A DNA stretch of 64,000 nt from a virus: IMG/VR virus record IMGVR_UViG_3300023174_000122, positions 21,344 to 85,343 of that record; one strand, 5' to 3'. This document shows positions 40,510 to 50,548 of the stretch, in pieces. A model generated the notes under the pieces. That model worked only from the letters and a program-made list of their open reading frames with translations, had not been told where the DNA came from and searched no databases. The first letter of the stretch is position 1. Every line of letters begins with the position of its first letter. The translations under genes were made by a program, and so were the position numbers.

Positions 40510-41396
40510 TGAAGTATTTCCTCTCTTGTCATCTCTCCAAAATCTTTTTTAACGGGTAGGGCGATTTTGAGTTGTCGTTGATCAAAGTATCTTTTAAGTC
40601 TAGAATAGATTTTATCTGCTCCAATATTTCCTGCCATATTTTTATTTGAATCATTATTCAAACTAATATATATCTTTTTAATATCTAATTTGAGCATATG
40701 ATTTAATATGGGCAAACTGAGACTAGTGCCGAAGGTAACTAAAACATTTTTAACGCCACTTTGCCATAAATTTAACATATCTCCTACGCTCTCTACCAGT
40801 ATTACTTCTCTTTGTTCTTGCAGTATAGAATCATTTAAAAATAATGGATATAAAAAGTCGCTTTTTTCTCCAAGATGTTTCCATTTTATCTTAGATATAT
40901 TTGTAACATCTCTACCAGAGAATCCTATGATATTATTTTTTAAATTGAAAATAGGAAAAACATATCTATTCTTCATTTTACCAGCGTGGGCTACACCACC
41001 TTTAAATTGAGATATAGTTTCTTGGGTTATATTTCTATTGATCCAGTAATCGTGCCGATTCTCTAGTCTATCTAAAATGTTTATATCAAAACTTTTTGCA
41101 GATTTAATTAAAGGCTTTTCTACATCTGAAGCAATTTGAGATATGAAATTTTTATTTTTAAGCCATTGTTTGGCTTCATCAACGTCATCTAATTTTAAAG
41201 TTAATTTGACTAATGAATTTAAATCGCCACTTATGTTTTGTTTAAAGTCAAACCAGTTGCCACTATTTTTTTCTATTTTTAATACTGTATCGTTATCACT
41301 ATCTCTATATAGTGGTCTTGTTCGGTATTCCTTACCATGGTCTTTCAACTTGTATCCTAAATCCGTAAGGACTTGAAAGACGTTTAATTCTTCCAT
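40491..41396 (-). CDS. dnaG: DNA primase (DnaG-type, Toprim)
   Basis: RYVFPI...IIGFSGR, KWK, VILVESVGD and SLNND motifs. Confidence 0.85.
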   Translation of the reverse strand: MEELNVFQVLTDLGYKLKDHGKEYRTRPLYRDSDNDTVLKIEKNSGNWFDFKQNISGDLNSLVKLTLKLDDVDEAKQWLKNKNFISQIASDVEKPLIKSAKSFDINILDRLENRHDYWINRNITQETISQFKGGVAHAGKMKNRYVFPIFNLKNNIIGFSGRDVTNISKIKWKHLGEKSDFLYPLFLNDSILQEQREVILVESVGDMLNLWQSGVKNVLVTFGTSLSLPILNHMLKLDIKKIYISLNNDSNKNMAGNIGADKIYSRLKRYFDQRQLKIALPVKKDFGEMTREEILQWKKAL

Positions 41397-42040
41397 TCTA
41401 ATGCCTCTGCTATTACTGGAAAGTTATTTATGAATATTTTTTTACATTCATCAGCAATCAATCTGTGTTCTTTTTGGGTGTTCTCTTGAGTTCTTAATTC
41501 AATATAGTGAATCCAACTTCTTAAAGACCCTTTCATATACATTGTAGTTTGCGTTGTTAATGGTAAAACCATTCTTGCAACTTCTTTAGCTATCCCATTA
41601 TCAATCATTGTTTGATAACAATGCTCCGACAAAGAAAGAGATTCTGCTAAAAGTGCATTTAAATTATTAAACTCTGGATGATTTTTAGGTAAAAGATCTT
41701 CTCCAACTTGCCTATTCTTACTTCCTTGAAGTCTTAACTCTACGTCTTCGTAATCGGTGGCTTCGCTATATCTTTGTGAAAATTCTTGGAAGCTAAATGA
41801 TCTATGCCTTAAAATTTGAGCAGCAATTCCACGGCTAGTTTTAATTTCAACGCACATATCAACAAGCTCAAATGGACTCCAATGCTTATGTTTAATTAGA
41901 AATTTTAATAGTTTTGGAGCGCTTTCAAGATTCATTTGATTAGACGGATTGCTAACTCTAGCACAAAATGCAACTAAATCTTCTGCATTTTTAATTTCTT
42001 TAATCTCTGGTTTTGTTACTGATACTAAATTTACGTTCAT
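41384..42040 (-). CDS. thyX: Flavin-dependent thymidylate synthase
   Basis: HWSPFE, RHRSFSFQEFSQRY (ThyX motif) and EVARMVLP. Confidence 0.95.
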   Translation of the reverse strand: MNVNLVSVTKPEIKEIKNAEDLVAFCARVSNPSNQMNLESAPKLLKFLIKHKHWSPFELVDMCVEIKTSRGIAAQILRHRSFSFQEFSQRYSEATDYEDVELRLQGSKNRQVGEDLLPKNHPEFNNLNALLAESLSLSEHCYQTMIDNGIAKEVARMVLPLTTQTTMYMKGSLRSWIHYIELRTQENTQKEHRLIADECKKIFINNFPVIAEALEWKN

Positions 42041-43521
42041 AGTATTTCTCCATCATTTTGATTAGAATCATTAAGTTCGTAACGCTCTCTTTGAGAAGCG
42101 GATACATCGTTCAAAGAACCGCGCTCTTCAATATTAAAATTTTCTACTTGATAATTCAAGTAATTCTGCGCCCATGTTTCTTTGCCAGTGCAATCTAATC
42201 TTCTAACTAGATCTTGGTGACCCGCAGCATCTTTACCTTGAAATCTAGTTTTTGTTGGTATCAATTTATGCGTACCAAATGCTTGACCATCTAAAGCAAG
42301 CTCATCTAAAGTTTTTCTTCTAAAGATTGCTACAAAAGAAGCAAACCATTGAAGTCTATCTGATAAAGAGATTACTGAGCTATCGTCAACTACCTCTGCA
42401 CCTTTTCTATTAAAGCTTTCTCCAGTTCTATTTAATTGCATCGCAGTAATAACTGGACATTGAATCTCTTCTGATATCCTTTTAAGTTTATCAATTTTAT
42501 CTCCAATAGCTTGGTGCTCTGCCCAATTTTGACCGACCTTTTCTCCAGTTAATTTTATATAATCGTAAGCAATCATAGCTTGATTTCCTCTGCCAACTTT
42601 TGAAAGATACCATCTGCGGATAATAGAACAAATTTGATCTATGTTTTTGTTACCGACATGATAATGAAAATATTCATACTTCTTTACCTTGCTCCAAGCT
42701 TCTCTTACTTTCCTTGTCATCTCTTCATTTTTACGCCAGTTACCAGTTTCAAGATACCAAACTGGTACTCCGCTCAAAGATGCAACCATTCTTAATTGAA
42801 TATCTACAGTTTGCATTTCGGTATCTAGAATTAAAGTTTTAGTTTTGTTCTTGGGATTAATAGCGGTCTTAAAGCAAATATCATTAAGCCAAGTCGACTT
42901 TCCTTGGCCAGGTCTACTAGCGATAGCATAAATATTACCATTTTTCAAACCACCATACATTCTATTAAATTCTGAATATGGAGTGATTAGTCCAGTTTCA
43001 TCTTTAGGTGTATTTCCTCTTTCTTCGATAAGATCTTCTACTCCTTCGAAAATATTAATTGGTATATCATTTTCAGAATAAGAGGATATTTTTTTGTTGT
43101 ATATGCCATCTATCTTACCAATAATCTCATCTAATGAATCTTCTGCATTTTTAGTAACATATTCTTTAAGATTATCTGCTGTTTGACAAAGCTCTCTTCG
43201 AACTCTAAATTTAATTAATTCCTTGCAAGCTGTCATAGTAGCTTCTTCTGTGATCTGAGAAAAGGTTAAATTATCTATATAATCAAAAATATTAATTTCA
43301 TCTTTAAAAGATATGCCTAAGTTCTTTATCTTTTCTGCTAATAAGACTTTATCTACATTTTCGCCTTTATATTTGACATTCTTAAATACTGAATAAATAG
43401 TAGAATGGACATCATTAAAGAAGTCATTTTCAGATAAAAAGACATCAATATCAGCGAATAAATCTTGATATTTTAATAAACCGCTAAGAACATGGCGTTC
43501 TACTTGTAAGGAGTAAATCAT
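42037..43521 (-). CDS. dnaB: Replicative DNA helicase
   Basis: ASRPGQGKS Walker A, TEM, YDYIKL, QLNR and KTR motifs. Confidence 0.93.
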   Translation of the reverse strand: MIYSLQVERHVLSGLLKYQDLFADIDVFLSENDFFNDVHSTIYSVFKNVKYKGENVDKVLLAEKIKNLGISFKDEINIFDYIDNLTFSQITEEATMTACKELIKFRVRRELCQTADNLKEYVTKNAEDSLDEIIGKIDGIYNKKISSYSENDIPINIFEGVEDLIEERGNTPKDETGLITPYSEFNRMYGGLKNGNIYAIASRPGQGKSTWLNDICFKTAINPKNKTKTLILDTEMQTVDIQLRMVASLSGVPVWYLETGNWRKNEEMTRKVREAWSKVKKYEYFHYHVGNKNIDQICSIIRRWYLSKVGRGNQAMIAYDYIKLTGEKVGQNWAEHQAIGDKIDKLKRISEEIQCPVITAMQLNRTGESFNRKGAEVVDDSSVISLSDRLQWFASFVAIFRRKTLDELALDGQAFGTHKLIPTKTRFQGKDAAGHQDLVRRLDCTGKETWAQNYLNYQVENFNIEERGSLNDVSASQRERYELNDSNQNDGEIL

Positions 43522-43530
43522 TCAATATAT

Positions 43531-43559
43531 ATGATACCAAACTAAAAATTAAAAGTCAA
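43531..43559 (-). promoter_or_regulatory. Sigma70 promoter, near-leaderless
   Basis: TTGACT-N17-TATCAT-N9-ATG(43521), with TG just upstream of the -10. Confidence 0.7.
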
Positions 43560-43562
43560 GTT

Positions 43563-43835
43563 TTAACTATCCTCGTCATCATGTTCTTCATCTTCTTTTT
43601 CGTTATTTCTATTAATTAAATCTGTGGTAGCTTCAAAGTTTAATTGATCAACGCTTTGGCCCCATGTATTTAAATAATATAAAAGAGCCATAGCATTTAT
43701 TTGATTATCAAATTTTGTATATACTTGGGGTTCGCCTTTTGCAGAGAAATTAAATAAAATATACCCACCATAACTGCACTCGTCAATCTGTTTTAATAAA
43801 GACTCTGGAAAGTTAAATTTTTTCTTATTAGTCAC
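43563..43835 (-). CDS. Hypothetical protein with an acidic tail
   Basis: 90-aa ORF with a GTG start 9 nt after GTGTAA. Confidence 0.65.
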   Translation of the reverse strand: MTNKKKFNFPESLLKQIDECSYGGYILFNFSAKGEPQVYTKFDNQINAMALLYYLNTWGQSVDQLNFEATTDLINRNNEKEDEEHDDEDS

Positions 43836-43844
43836 TATAAACTT

Positions 43845-43850
43845 TTACAC
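43845..43850 (-). promoter_or_regulatory. GTGTAA candidate late-promoter motif
   Basis: GTGTAA-N9-GTG(43835). Confidence 0.55.
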
Positions 43851-44270
43851 TTAAATGATAAGTACTCCACACTTTTCTTCTATATATTGTGGTGATAAAT
43901 TTTGAAGGTCATCTTCGTAAAGTTCTAAGAATTTAAATTGATTTGAGTCTATCCATTTTTCTTTCTTTACATCTCTTTTAATGCTCTCAAGATACTTTAA
44001 TCTAGAATTATCATGAAAGAATTTATTAAATGATTCATGCTGTGCTCCTTGTATCTCAACAGCTATCTTTTTCGTTGCATTTAATAAGTCTATCTTAAGC
44101 ATGCTTCCATAAACTGGGAATTCTTCGTAAACTATATTATTCTTCCAATAAGGGTAAAAAAATGATTTAAACTTATATTGAAGTTTGCTTCTACTTTTAG
44201 CCTCCCAATTTATTAAGTATCTTCTGACGTTTTTGTTAACGAGTTTTCCGTTAACATTTAAAAGTCTCAT
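43851..44270 (-). CDS. Vsr/DUF559-like PD-(D/E)XK endonuclease
   Basis: YEEFPV...KIDL...IAVEIQGAQH...KRDVKK motif. Confidence 0.75.
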   Translation of the reverse strand: MRLLNVNGKLVNKNVRRYLINWEAKSRSKLQYKFKSFFYPYWKNNIVYEEFPVYGSMLKIDLLNATKKIAVEIQGAQHESFNKFFHDNSRLKYLESIKRDVKKEKWIDSNQFKFLELYEDDLQNLSPQYIEEKCGVLII

Positions 44271-45412
44271 AAAGCTAGAGCATTGATAAATTTATTATAA
44301 AAGAAATCTACTATAGGTTTATTATCTTCTAAATAGGACCTAAGATTATCTATACCTTGGTGCTGTTTTTTTAATTCTAAATTTTCTTTTTTAAGCTCTT
44401 CTACAATATCATCTGTAAAAGTAACCCATGCTCCTTTGGCAGCTGCGAACTCCCAAGAAAGAATTTGGTCAATAACCTCATACTCTCTCCATACCGAAGA
44501 ACCATCTTTTCTGCCATACTTAATCGGGTACTGAACTTTAGAATTAGTAGTTTCGTTGGTGGACTTTTTAATAATAATTTTAACATTATGTCCAATTATC
44601 TTATTCTTTGTTTGATCGTATCTTTCATTTGGTTTTTCAAGTATAAGGTCTTTGCCAAACTTTGGTTCAAATTCGAGAATCCAATTTGCAAAATGTAATA
44701 ACGCATTTCCACCAGTTGCAGTTGTTTGTCTAATATCTTTATTTGCAGCGTATGGGTCAAGCTTAATATCTGAACGAACTTGACTAATGAATATCGCCAT
44801 ATGTCCACGTTTAGAAAGAGCTAATGATATTTTTTTCATAAGCATTGAAGATATTACTGCTCCTCCTGCAACCTTTGTCGCTTCTGTCATACTTTTAAGA
44901 CTATCCCCTTTAGTCATTAAACCATCGACCGAGTCCAATATAAACATATACCTTTTGCCTTCATCATTATTTTGAATGAGATCTTTCATAAGCTCCGAAA
45001 CTGTTTCGAAAATATTACATTCGAAAACGAAACATGTGCCGTCTTCCCATTCTTCAGCAGAAGTTACAAACTTTATACCAGACCTCTCTTTAATCTCTTT
45101 GCTTAATCTTCCTTCGGCTTTAAATAATAAAGCTTTAGAGTCCTTTACGGTCTTTAAGAAATTTTTCATTACCTCTAGTGCTTCTGAAGTTTTTCCACCC
45201 TCATTCATTCCAATAAATCTATGCAATCCTGGGCATAGTCCTCCACTAGTTGCAATATCTAAATTTAGGCTTCCAGTAGAGACTTTATAGTAAATCTCTT
45301 CTTCATAATTATAATGATCGTCTTTATTTTCTTTTAAAAATGAAGATAATCTGCTTTTTGCGCTCGGTCCAGTATCTTGTACTGGTTCTTGATCTTTAGG
45401 TTTTCTTCCCAT
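44267..45412 (-). CDS. recA: RecA/UvsX-like recombinase
   Basis: STGSLNLDIA..GG, Walker A GMNEGGKT, ILDSV, FISQVR and TGGNALLHFA. Confidence 0.9.
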   Translation of the reverse strand: MGRKPKDQEPVQDTGPSAKSRLSSFLKENKDDHYNYEEEIYYKVSTGSLNLDIATSGGLCPGLHRFIGMNEGGKTSEALEVMKNFLKTVKDSKALLFKAEGRLSKEIKERSGIKFVTSAEEWEDGTCFVFECNIFETVSELMKDLIQNNDEGKRYMFILDSVDGLMTKGDSLKSMTEATKVAGGAVISSMLMKKISLALSKRGHMAIFISQVRSDIKLDPYAANKDIRQTTATGGNALLHFANWILEFEPKFGKDLILEKPNERYDQTKNKIIGHNVKIIIKKSTNETTNSKVQYPIKYGRKDGSSVWREYEVIDQILSWEFAAAKGAWVTFTDDIVEELKKENLELKKQHQGIDNLRSYLEDNKPIVDFFYNKFINALAL

Positions 45413-45746
45413 AGTTTATAAATTCTAACAGGCTTTTAGGTTTTTTGCAAACTTTTTTATCTTCCCCAATTTTTATTTCTTGTATTTCGAATTTAATTGG
45501 TTTATCTAGCTCTAGATTATCTTTGATTTTTTCCATAGCTATAAACTTCTTACCATCTTCTGTTAAAAAGAACGCTAAACTAGGTAGGTTAGCAGGCTTT
45601 AGCCCATTCCAAAATGAATAACCTTTATATGTTTTGATTAGCTTTTGAGCTATTTTAATCTCTCTTGGCCAATCTACTTTTTGATTAACGTATTTTTTAA
45701 TTATAAATTGACAAAGTTTATGTGGAGTAAGTTTTTTACTAGACAT
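45396..45746 (-). CDS. Hypothetical protein
   Basis: 116-aa basic ORF overlapping the recA start. Confidence 0.6.
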   Translation of the reverse strand: MSSKKLTPHKLCQFIIKKYVNQKVDWPREIKIAQKLIKTYKGYSFWNGLKPANLPSLAFFLTEDGKKFIAMEKIKDNLELDKPIKFEIQEIKIGEDKKVCKKPKSLLEFINYGKKT

Positions 45747-45774
45747 CTTATATTTATAATATAAGTTTATATTT

Positions 45775-46752
45775 TTAGCAAGTTTTATTTTTATAATATT
45801 TTATAGTTTTCAATATGCCATCTTTAAATGAGGTAGCAGGAAACCAATTTAATTCTTTATTGATTTTAGTATTATCTATTGCGTATCTAAAATCATGCCC
45901 CTTACGATCTTCTACAAAAGATATGTAATCTTGTGGGTTAAGATTCATAGCCTCGCAGATATCATTAATAATCTCTAAGTTTGTTTTTTCACAATTTCCG
46001 CCAATATTATAAGTTTCTCCAATTTTACCATTATTTAATATGAGCCACACTGCTTCACAATGATCCTCAACATAAATCCAATCTCTTATATTTTTTCCAG
46101 TACCATAAACAGGTATTTTTTTATTATTTAATATAGAATTAATAACAACTGGTATGAATTTTTCATTATGCTGATTTGAACCATAATTATTAGAGCAGTT
46201 AGAGATTGTAGCTAATACTTTAAAAGTATGATGATAAGCTCTAACTAACATATCACTAGCAGCTTTTGAAGCCGAATATGGCGAATTTGGAGCATAAGCT
46301 GTTGTTTCCATAAATTTACCTTGTTCCCCTAAACTACCATAAACTTCATCAGTGGAAATGTGATGAAATCTGATTTCTGGAAAATCCCTAATAATTTCTA
46401 ATAAGTTAAATGTTCCTAATGCGTTAGACTTAAAAAATCTTCTTGGATCAGTTATTGAATTATCTACGTGTGTTTCTGCTGCAAAATGAACTATATGAGT
46501 TATTTTATTTTCTTTTAATATATTTTTAAATTTTTTAATTTCTATAGGAATTTCTAAATTCTCCAACCAAAAATCTTCAAATCTATATTTAATATTGTCT
46601 TTAAAGAAATCTGCGTTTTTTATATTTGCTGCACCATAATATTTCCCTGCAGTATCTATATTTACCAAAAGGTCTACTTCTTTTTTATTGATTATATATT
46701 TAATAAAATTAGAACCAATAAAACCAAGACCACCAGTTACCAAAATATTCAT
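45775..46752 (-). CDS. rfbB: dTDP-glucose 4,6-dehydratase
   Basis: TGGLGFIGSNF, HFAAETHVDNSI, ISTDEVYG, PYSASKA, RDWIYVEDH and GHDFRYAID. Confidence 0.95.
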   Translation of the reverse strand: MNILVTGGLGFIGSNFIKYIINKKEVDLLVNIDTAGKYYGAANIKNADFFKDNIKYRFEDFWLENLEIPIEIKKFKNILKENKITHIVHFAAETHVDNSITDPRRFFKSNALGTFNLLEIIRDFPEIRFHHISTDEVYGSLGEQGKFMETTAYAPNSPYSASKAASDMLVRAYHHTFKVLATISNCSNNYGSNQHNEKFIPVVINSILNNKKIPVYGTGKNIRDWIYVEDHCEAVWLILNNGKIGETYNIGGNCEKTNLEIINDICEAMNLNPQDYISFVEDRKGHDFRYAIDNTKINKELNWFPATSFKDGILKTIKYYKNKTC

Positions 46753-47888
46753 GAATAGTTTTCTATATCTGATTTTACCATTTTTTCTATTAAATTATCA
46801 AATGAAACTTTTGGCGCCCATCCTAATTCTTCTCTGGCTTTTGTAGAATCTCCAAGTAATAGTTCTACTTCTGCTGGTCTATAAAATTTAGGATTGATTT
46901 GGACTAGAGTTTTGTGGTCCAAAACATACATTAAATGTTCGTTTTGACCAATCCAATCGCCTTTAATTCCAGCAATAGCAAAAGACTTCTCTACAAATTC
47001 TTTAATTGTATGAGTTTCATTTGATGAGAATACATATTCTTTAGGAATTCCATCATAATTTTTATTATAAATATCTTGATTTAACATCATCCAAACGCCT
47101 TCAATAAAATCTTCGGCATCACTCCAGTCTCTTTTGGCTTCCATATTTCCTAGTTCAAGTGGAAGAAATTCTTCATTATTTTTTAATGCGTGATAAATTC
47201 TAGATACATTTTTAGTAATTTTTCTTGTTACGAATTCTTCACCACGCCTTGTTCCTTCATGATTAAATAGCCAACCTTGAATAGCATATAAATTATAAGA
47301 ATCTCTATATACTTTAATCAGTTGTCTAGAGGCTGCTTTACTTGCTCCATAAGGACTTCTTGGCCTAAGAGGATGTTTTTCGTCTTGAGGAGTATAAAGT
47401 ACATTTCCGAACTCTTCACTAGATCCAGCTTGATATAGTCTACAGTTTGACTTGTATAGTCTAATAGCTTCAAGAATATCAAGAACTGCCGTAGAATTCG
47501 TAGCCCAAGTTTGGCGAGCAAAATCCCAGCTGCTTGCTACAAAACTTTGTGCTGCAAAATTAATAAAATAATCTGGTTGAAGTTTTTCTACTGTTCTAGC
47601 GATGGCATGAGAATCATTTAAATCAAAATTAATCAAATGAAATCTATCAGAATTAATATGTTTAATATTCTTATGATTATATACGCTCAGTCTTCTAACT
47701 CCGCCAAATATTAAAAGATCAGTATTCTTTAATAAAAAATCTACCATATGACTTCCATCTTGACCAGTTACCCCAGTAATAACTACAGTTTTTCTACCTT
47801 TTATTATTTTTGCTGCATCTTCGATGTTTAAGATATTAGCAGTATCTATCTTTTTGCCATAATAGGTTTCTTTAAAATTTTGGCTCAT
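46749..47888 (-). CDS. gmd: GDP-mannose 4,6-dehydratase
   Basis: ITGVTGQDGS, AAQSFV, PRSPYGASK, FNHE..RRGEEFVTRKIT and YRPAEVELLLGD. Confidence 0.95.
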   Translation of the reverse strand: MSQNFKETYYGKKIDTANILNIEDAAKIIKGRKTVVITGVTGQDGSHMVDFLLKNTDLLIFGGVRRLSVYNHKNIKHINSDRFHLINFDLNDSHAIARTVEKLQPDYFINFAAQSFVASSWDFARQTWATNSTAVLDILEAIRLYKSNCRLYQAGSSEEFGNVLYTPQDEKHPLRPRSPYGASKAASRQLIKVYRDSYNLYAIQGWLFNHEGTRRGEEFVTRKITKNVSRIYHALKNNEEFLPLELGNMEAKRDWSDAEDFIEGVWMMLNQDIYNKNYDGIPKEYVFSSNETHTIKEFVEKSFAIAGIKGDWIGQNEHLMYVLDHKTLVQINPKFYRPAEVELLLGDSTKAREELGWAPKVSFDNLIEKMVKSDIENYS

Positions 47889-47893
47889 TAGTT

Positions 47894-48454
47894 TTAATTT
47901 TTAAAAATTACTAAAAGTCCTCTTTGACATCTTTCTTGAGGTAAAGAGTTTTTATTAAAAAGATAATGATGAATGTTTCTTTTTTTACAAATTTCATATA
48001 TCTCTCTTAAATTAATAAAAGACGCAAATTCTTCAACGATATTGATGTCATGATAAATTAATATACCTTTATCATTAAGAAGATTGTCGTAAACGTGTTC
48101 AAACCATTGATTTGTACTGTGATGGTCTGCATCGCTCATAATAAAATCGAATTTTTCTTTAGTAGAGAAAACGAATTCTTTTTCATTCATAGTGATGATT
48201 TCGGCTTTTTTACCGTAGGCTTGCGTTACATTTTGTGGAATTTGATGGCCCCAATCTATCCAATTATCTACTATTGTAAATTTTGGATTGTTTTTATTAT
48301 ATTCAATGCCAGCTAAAATTGCATCACAACTTCTGCCACCTCCAAGGCCAAGTTCTAAAATACTAGATGGTTTTTGACTAACAATTAAACCTTGAACTAA
48401 ATGAGCATGAGCTAGATCTATTTTAACTGTTTCGTTGCTTCTAAAATCTTGCAT
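47894..48454 (-). CDS. Class I SAM-dependent methyltransferase (Methyltransf_24-like)
   Basis: ILELGLGGG, FDFIMSDADH and GILIYHD. Confidence 0.8.
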   Translation of the reverse strand: MQDFRSNETVKIDLAHAHLVQGLIVSQKPSSILELGLGGGRSCDAILAGIEYNKNNPKFTIVDNWIDWGHQIPQNVTQAYGKKAEIITMNEKEFVFSTKEKFDFIMSDADHHSTNQWFEHVYDNLLNDKGILIYHDINIVEEFASFINLREIYEICKKRNIHHYLFNKNSLPQERCQRGLLVIFKN

Positions 48455-48488
48455 ATTTTTATCTAGGACTAGAATGAGTCATTTTAAT

Positions 48489-48517
48489 ATTCTATACCTT
48501 CTAAAGTTAAAATTCAA
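48489..48517 (-). promoter_or_regulatory. Sigma70 promoter preceding a 7-codon uORF
   Basis: TTGAAT-N17-TAGAAT-N6-ATG(48482), encoding MTHSSPR*. Confidence 0.55.
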
Positions 48518-48521
48518 TTAT

Positions 48522-49289
48522 TTATTTTGAATTTTGTATCAAATTATTTAAACTGTCTTCTATTGGTGTTAAATGCAAATCAGGAATATATTTATAGTTG
48601 CCAGTATACTTTAAATTATTATCGTTTTGTATAATAATATCACTTTTAGAATTAGATATATTTTTAATAATTTGAGCTATATCACTTAATTTATATTTTT
48701 TTTCATATACGCAATCAATTTCTTCATATTCTTCTGAGTTGTTAATTATGATTAAATCAATTAAATTAATTAAATCATTAATATAATATATATCAAAAAA
48801 TAAATTTTCCCAAATTACTATATCCTCATTTTTTAAACATTTTTCTATAGTTGAGTATACAAAAGAATCCTTCATGCCTAGTTCACCAAAAACATTAAAT
48901 ATTCTTAAATTTTTTATATTTTCTTTATCCTTAATTAGTGACGTACAAATCTTTTTACTCAAACCATAAAAAGTATCTTGTTTATATATTTCTGCTCCAC
49001 TAGAAAAAGTTATTAACTTTGTATTTTTCTTTTTAAAATTTAAAACATTATCTAATATTTTAATATTATTATAAAAGTCTTTTTCTGTATCTATTTTAAT
49101 TCTTCTCCCGCCCTTTACAGCAGAATTAATAATAAAATCAAAATCGTTAACGCTCAAATAGTCTTTTACTTTTTTAGCGTCAGTTAGATCTAGCTCTGAA
49201 CTAGTTGGATAAGATAAAGCGTATTTGTTTAATTTAGATATAGAACTTTTACCTACGAATCCAGAACCGCCAGCAACTAGAATTTTCAT
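48522..49289 (-). CDS. NAD-dependent sugar epimerase/reductase
   Basis: GGSGFVG, FSSGA, YGLSK and LRIFNVFG. Confidence 0.85.
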   Translation of the reverse strand: MKILVAGGSGFVGKSSISKLNKYALSYPTSSELDLTDAKKVKDYLSVNDFDFIINSAVKGGRRIKIDTEKDFYNNIKILDNVLNFKKKNTKLITFSSGAEIYKQDTFYGLSKKICTSLIKDKENIKNLRIFNVFGELGMKDSFVYSTIEKCLKNEDIVIWENLFFDIYYINDLINLIDLIIINNSEEYEEIDCVYEKKYKLSDIAQIIKNISNSKSDIIIQNDNNLKYTGNYKYIPDLHLTPIEDSLNNLIQNSK

Positions 49290-49766
49290 TTATCTTTTTA
49301 AACTTAAAAAGCATGGTTGATTATTATTTAATAATTCTGGTAAGCACTCTGTCATTTCTTTTTCATCTTCAGGCCAATACTGTTTTATGTTTTTAAAAGT
49401 ATCTAAATACTGTTTTATATCGTCCATCCAATGACTAATTCCATCGTGCTCATAGTCCTTATCTCTACCACTACAAATTAATTTAACTGGAATATTTTCA
49501 TAATTTATATATGTTCTAATTATTTCAAATGGTCTATAAATTAAAAAAGTACCTATAGAATAAACAACAGGTATCTTGCCTTCGAGGGCTAATCCGCATG
49601 CAACCCCCATCATAGAAAATTCTGCTGCTTGGCAATTTAAAAATCTATCTGGATAATCAGATATTATCTTATCAAAACCTCCATAGCCAAGATCTCCAGT
49701 CAATGATAATATCTTATCATTCTGGCTCATATTTCTATGTAATTCTTTGAAAAATGTTCTACGCAT
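49290..49766 (-). CDS. Transketolase-like protein, pyrimidine-binding subunit (short)
   Basis: MRRTF, LTGDLG, RFLNCQAAEFSMMGVACGLALEG and GISH. Confidence 0.85.
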   Translation of the reverse strand: MRRTFFKELHRNMSQNDKILSLTGDLGYGGFDKIISDYPDRFLNCQAAEFSMMGVACGLALEGKIPVVYSIGTFLIYRPFEIIRTYINYENIPVKLICSGRDKDYEHDGISHWMDDIKQYLDTFKNIKQYWPEDEKEMTECLPELLNNNQPCFLSLKR

Positions 49767-49935
49767 CTTTTTTATCTACTTCAAAAGCAAATGCATTCGT
49801 ATGTATACAATTTGGAAAAACATCTGATAGTATATTTAAATTATCTCCATCGAAAACCCCAATTTCTAAATAGTTCAGAATGTCGTTTGATTTTAGTTTT
49901 TCTAAAAGATATCTATGAATGTGGTGTGCTAACAT
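49759..49935 (-). pseudogene. Internally deleted methyltransferase remnant
   Basis: 58 aa carrying only SAM motif I (YLEIGVFDG), located between the two transketolase subunits. Confidence 0.5.
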
Positions 49936-50548
49936 ATGTATTGTGCTCCTCTTGCGATAAAAGATTATAATGACCAGATAAGCCTTTGACAAAAGAAAAC
50001 TTCTGATAAATATAATCCGTTAATCTTATTTCTATATTCTGATGTAAATTTTTTAATTTTTGAATAATTTCATATTTATCAAATTCCGCTAAAGCACTAT
50101 ATCCATTCACATTGGCATATATTTTCAAATTATTTATTTTATATTTATTGACTATATTAAAGGTCTCGTAAATACTGCCTTCAAACATTTCTCCATCGCT
50201 TATCAAGCAATAGACATTTCTAGTTTTATCTGCTAACGCCATACCGCATGCTGCAGGTAGCCCACAACCTAAACTTCCAGTTGAATAAAAAATTTTATTT
50301 TCTAAATCTCTATTTGGATGAACGCCATGTTTCTCATGAAGTGCTTCTGCGTTGATTCCGTAATATTTTTCTAGAACTACATACAGAGCTAATCCTGCGT
50401 GTCCATTACTTAATATAAACGGTTCATTTTCTTTTTTAACAGAATAAATTTCATCTATAATACCAACAGAACTTAAGTTGCTAGACAAATGAGATAGTTT
50501 GCGGTTATAACTTATTTCTAAAATTCTTTTTTCTAGTTTATTAATCAT
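49913..50548 (-). CDS. Transketolase-like protein, ThDP-binding subunit
   Basis: HLSSNLS, FILSNGHA, HP, STGSLGCG and SDGE..EG..N (GDG-X-N variant). The likely start is ATG 50548. Confidence 0.9.
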   Translation of the reverse strand: MINKLEKRILEISYNRKLSHLSSNLSSVGIIDEIYSVKKENEPFILSNGHAGLALYVVLEKYYGINAEALHEKHGVHPNRDLENKIFYSTGSLGCGLPAACGMALADKTRNVYCLISDGEMFEGSIYETFNIVNKYKINNLKIYANVNGYSALAEFDKYEIIQKLKNLHQNIEIRLTDYIYQKFSFVKGLSGHYNLLSQEEHNTYVSTPHS

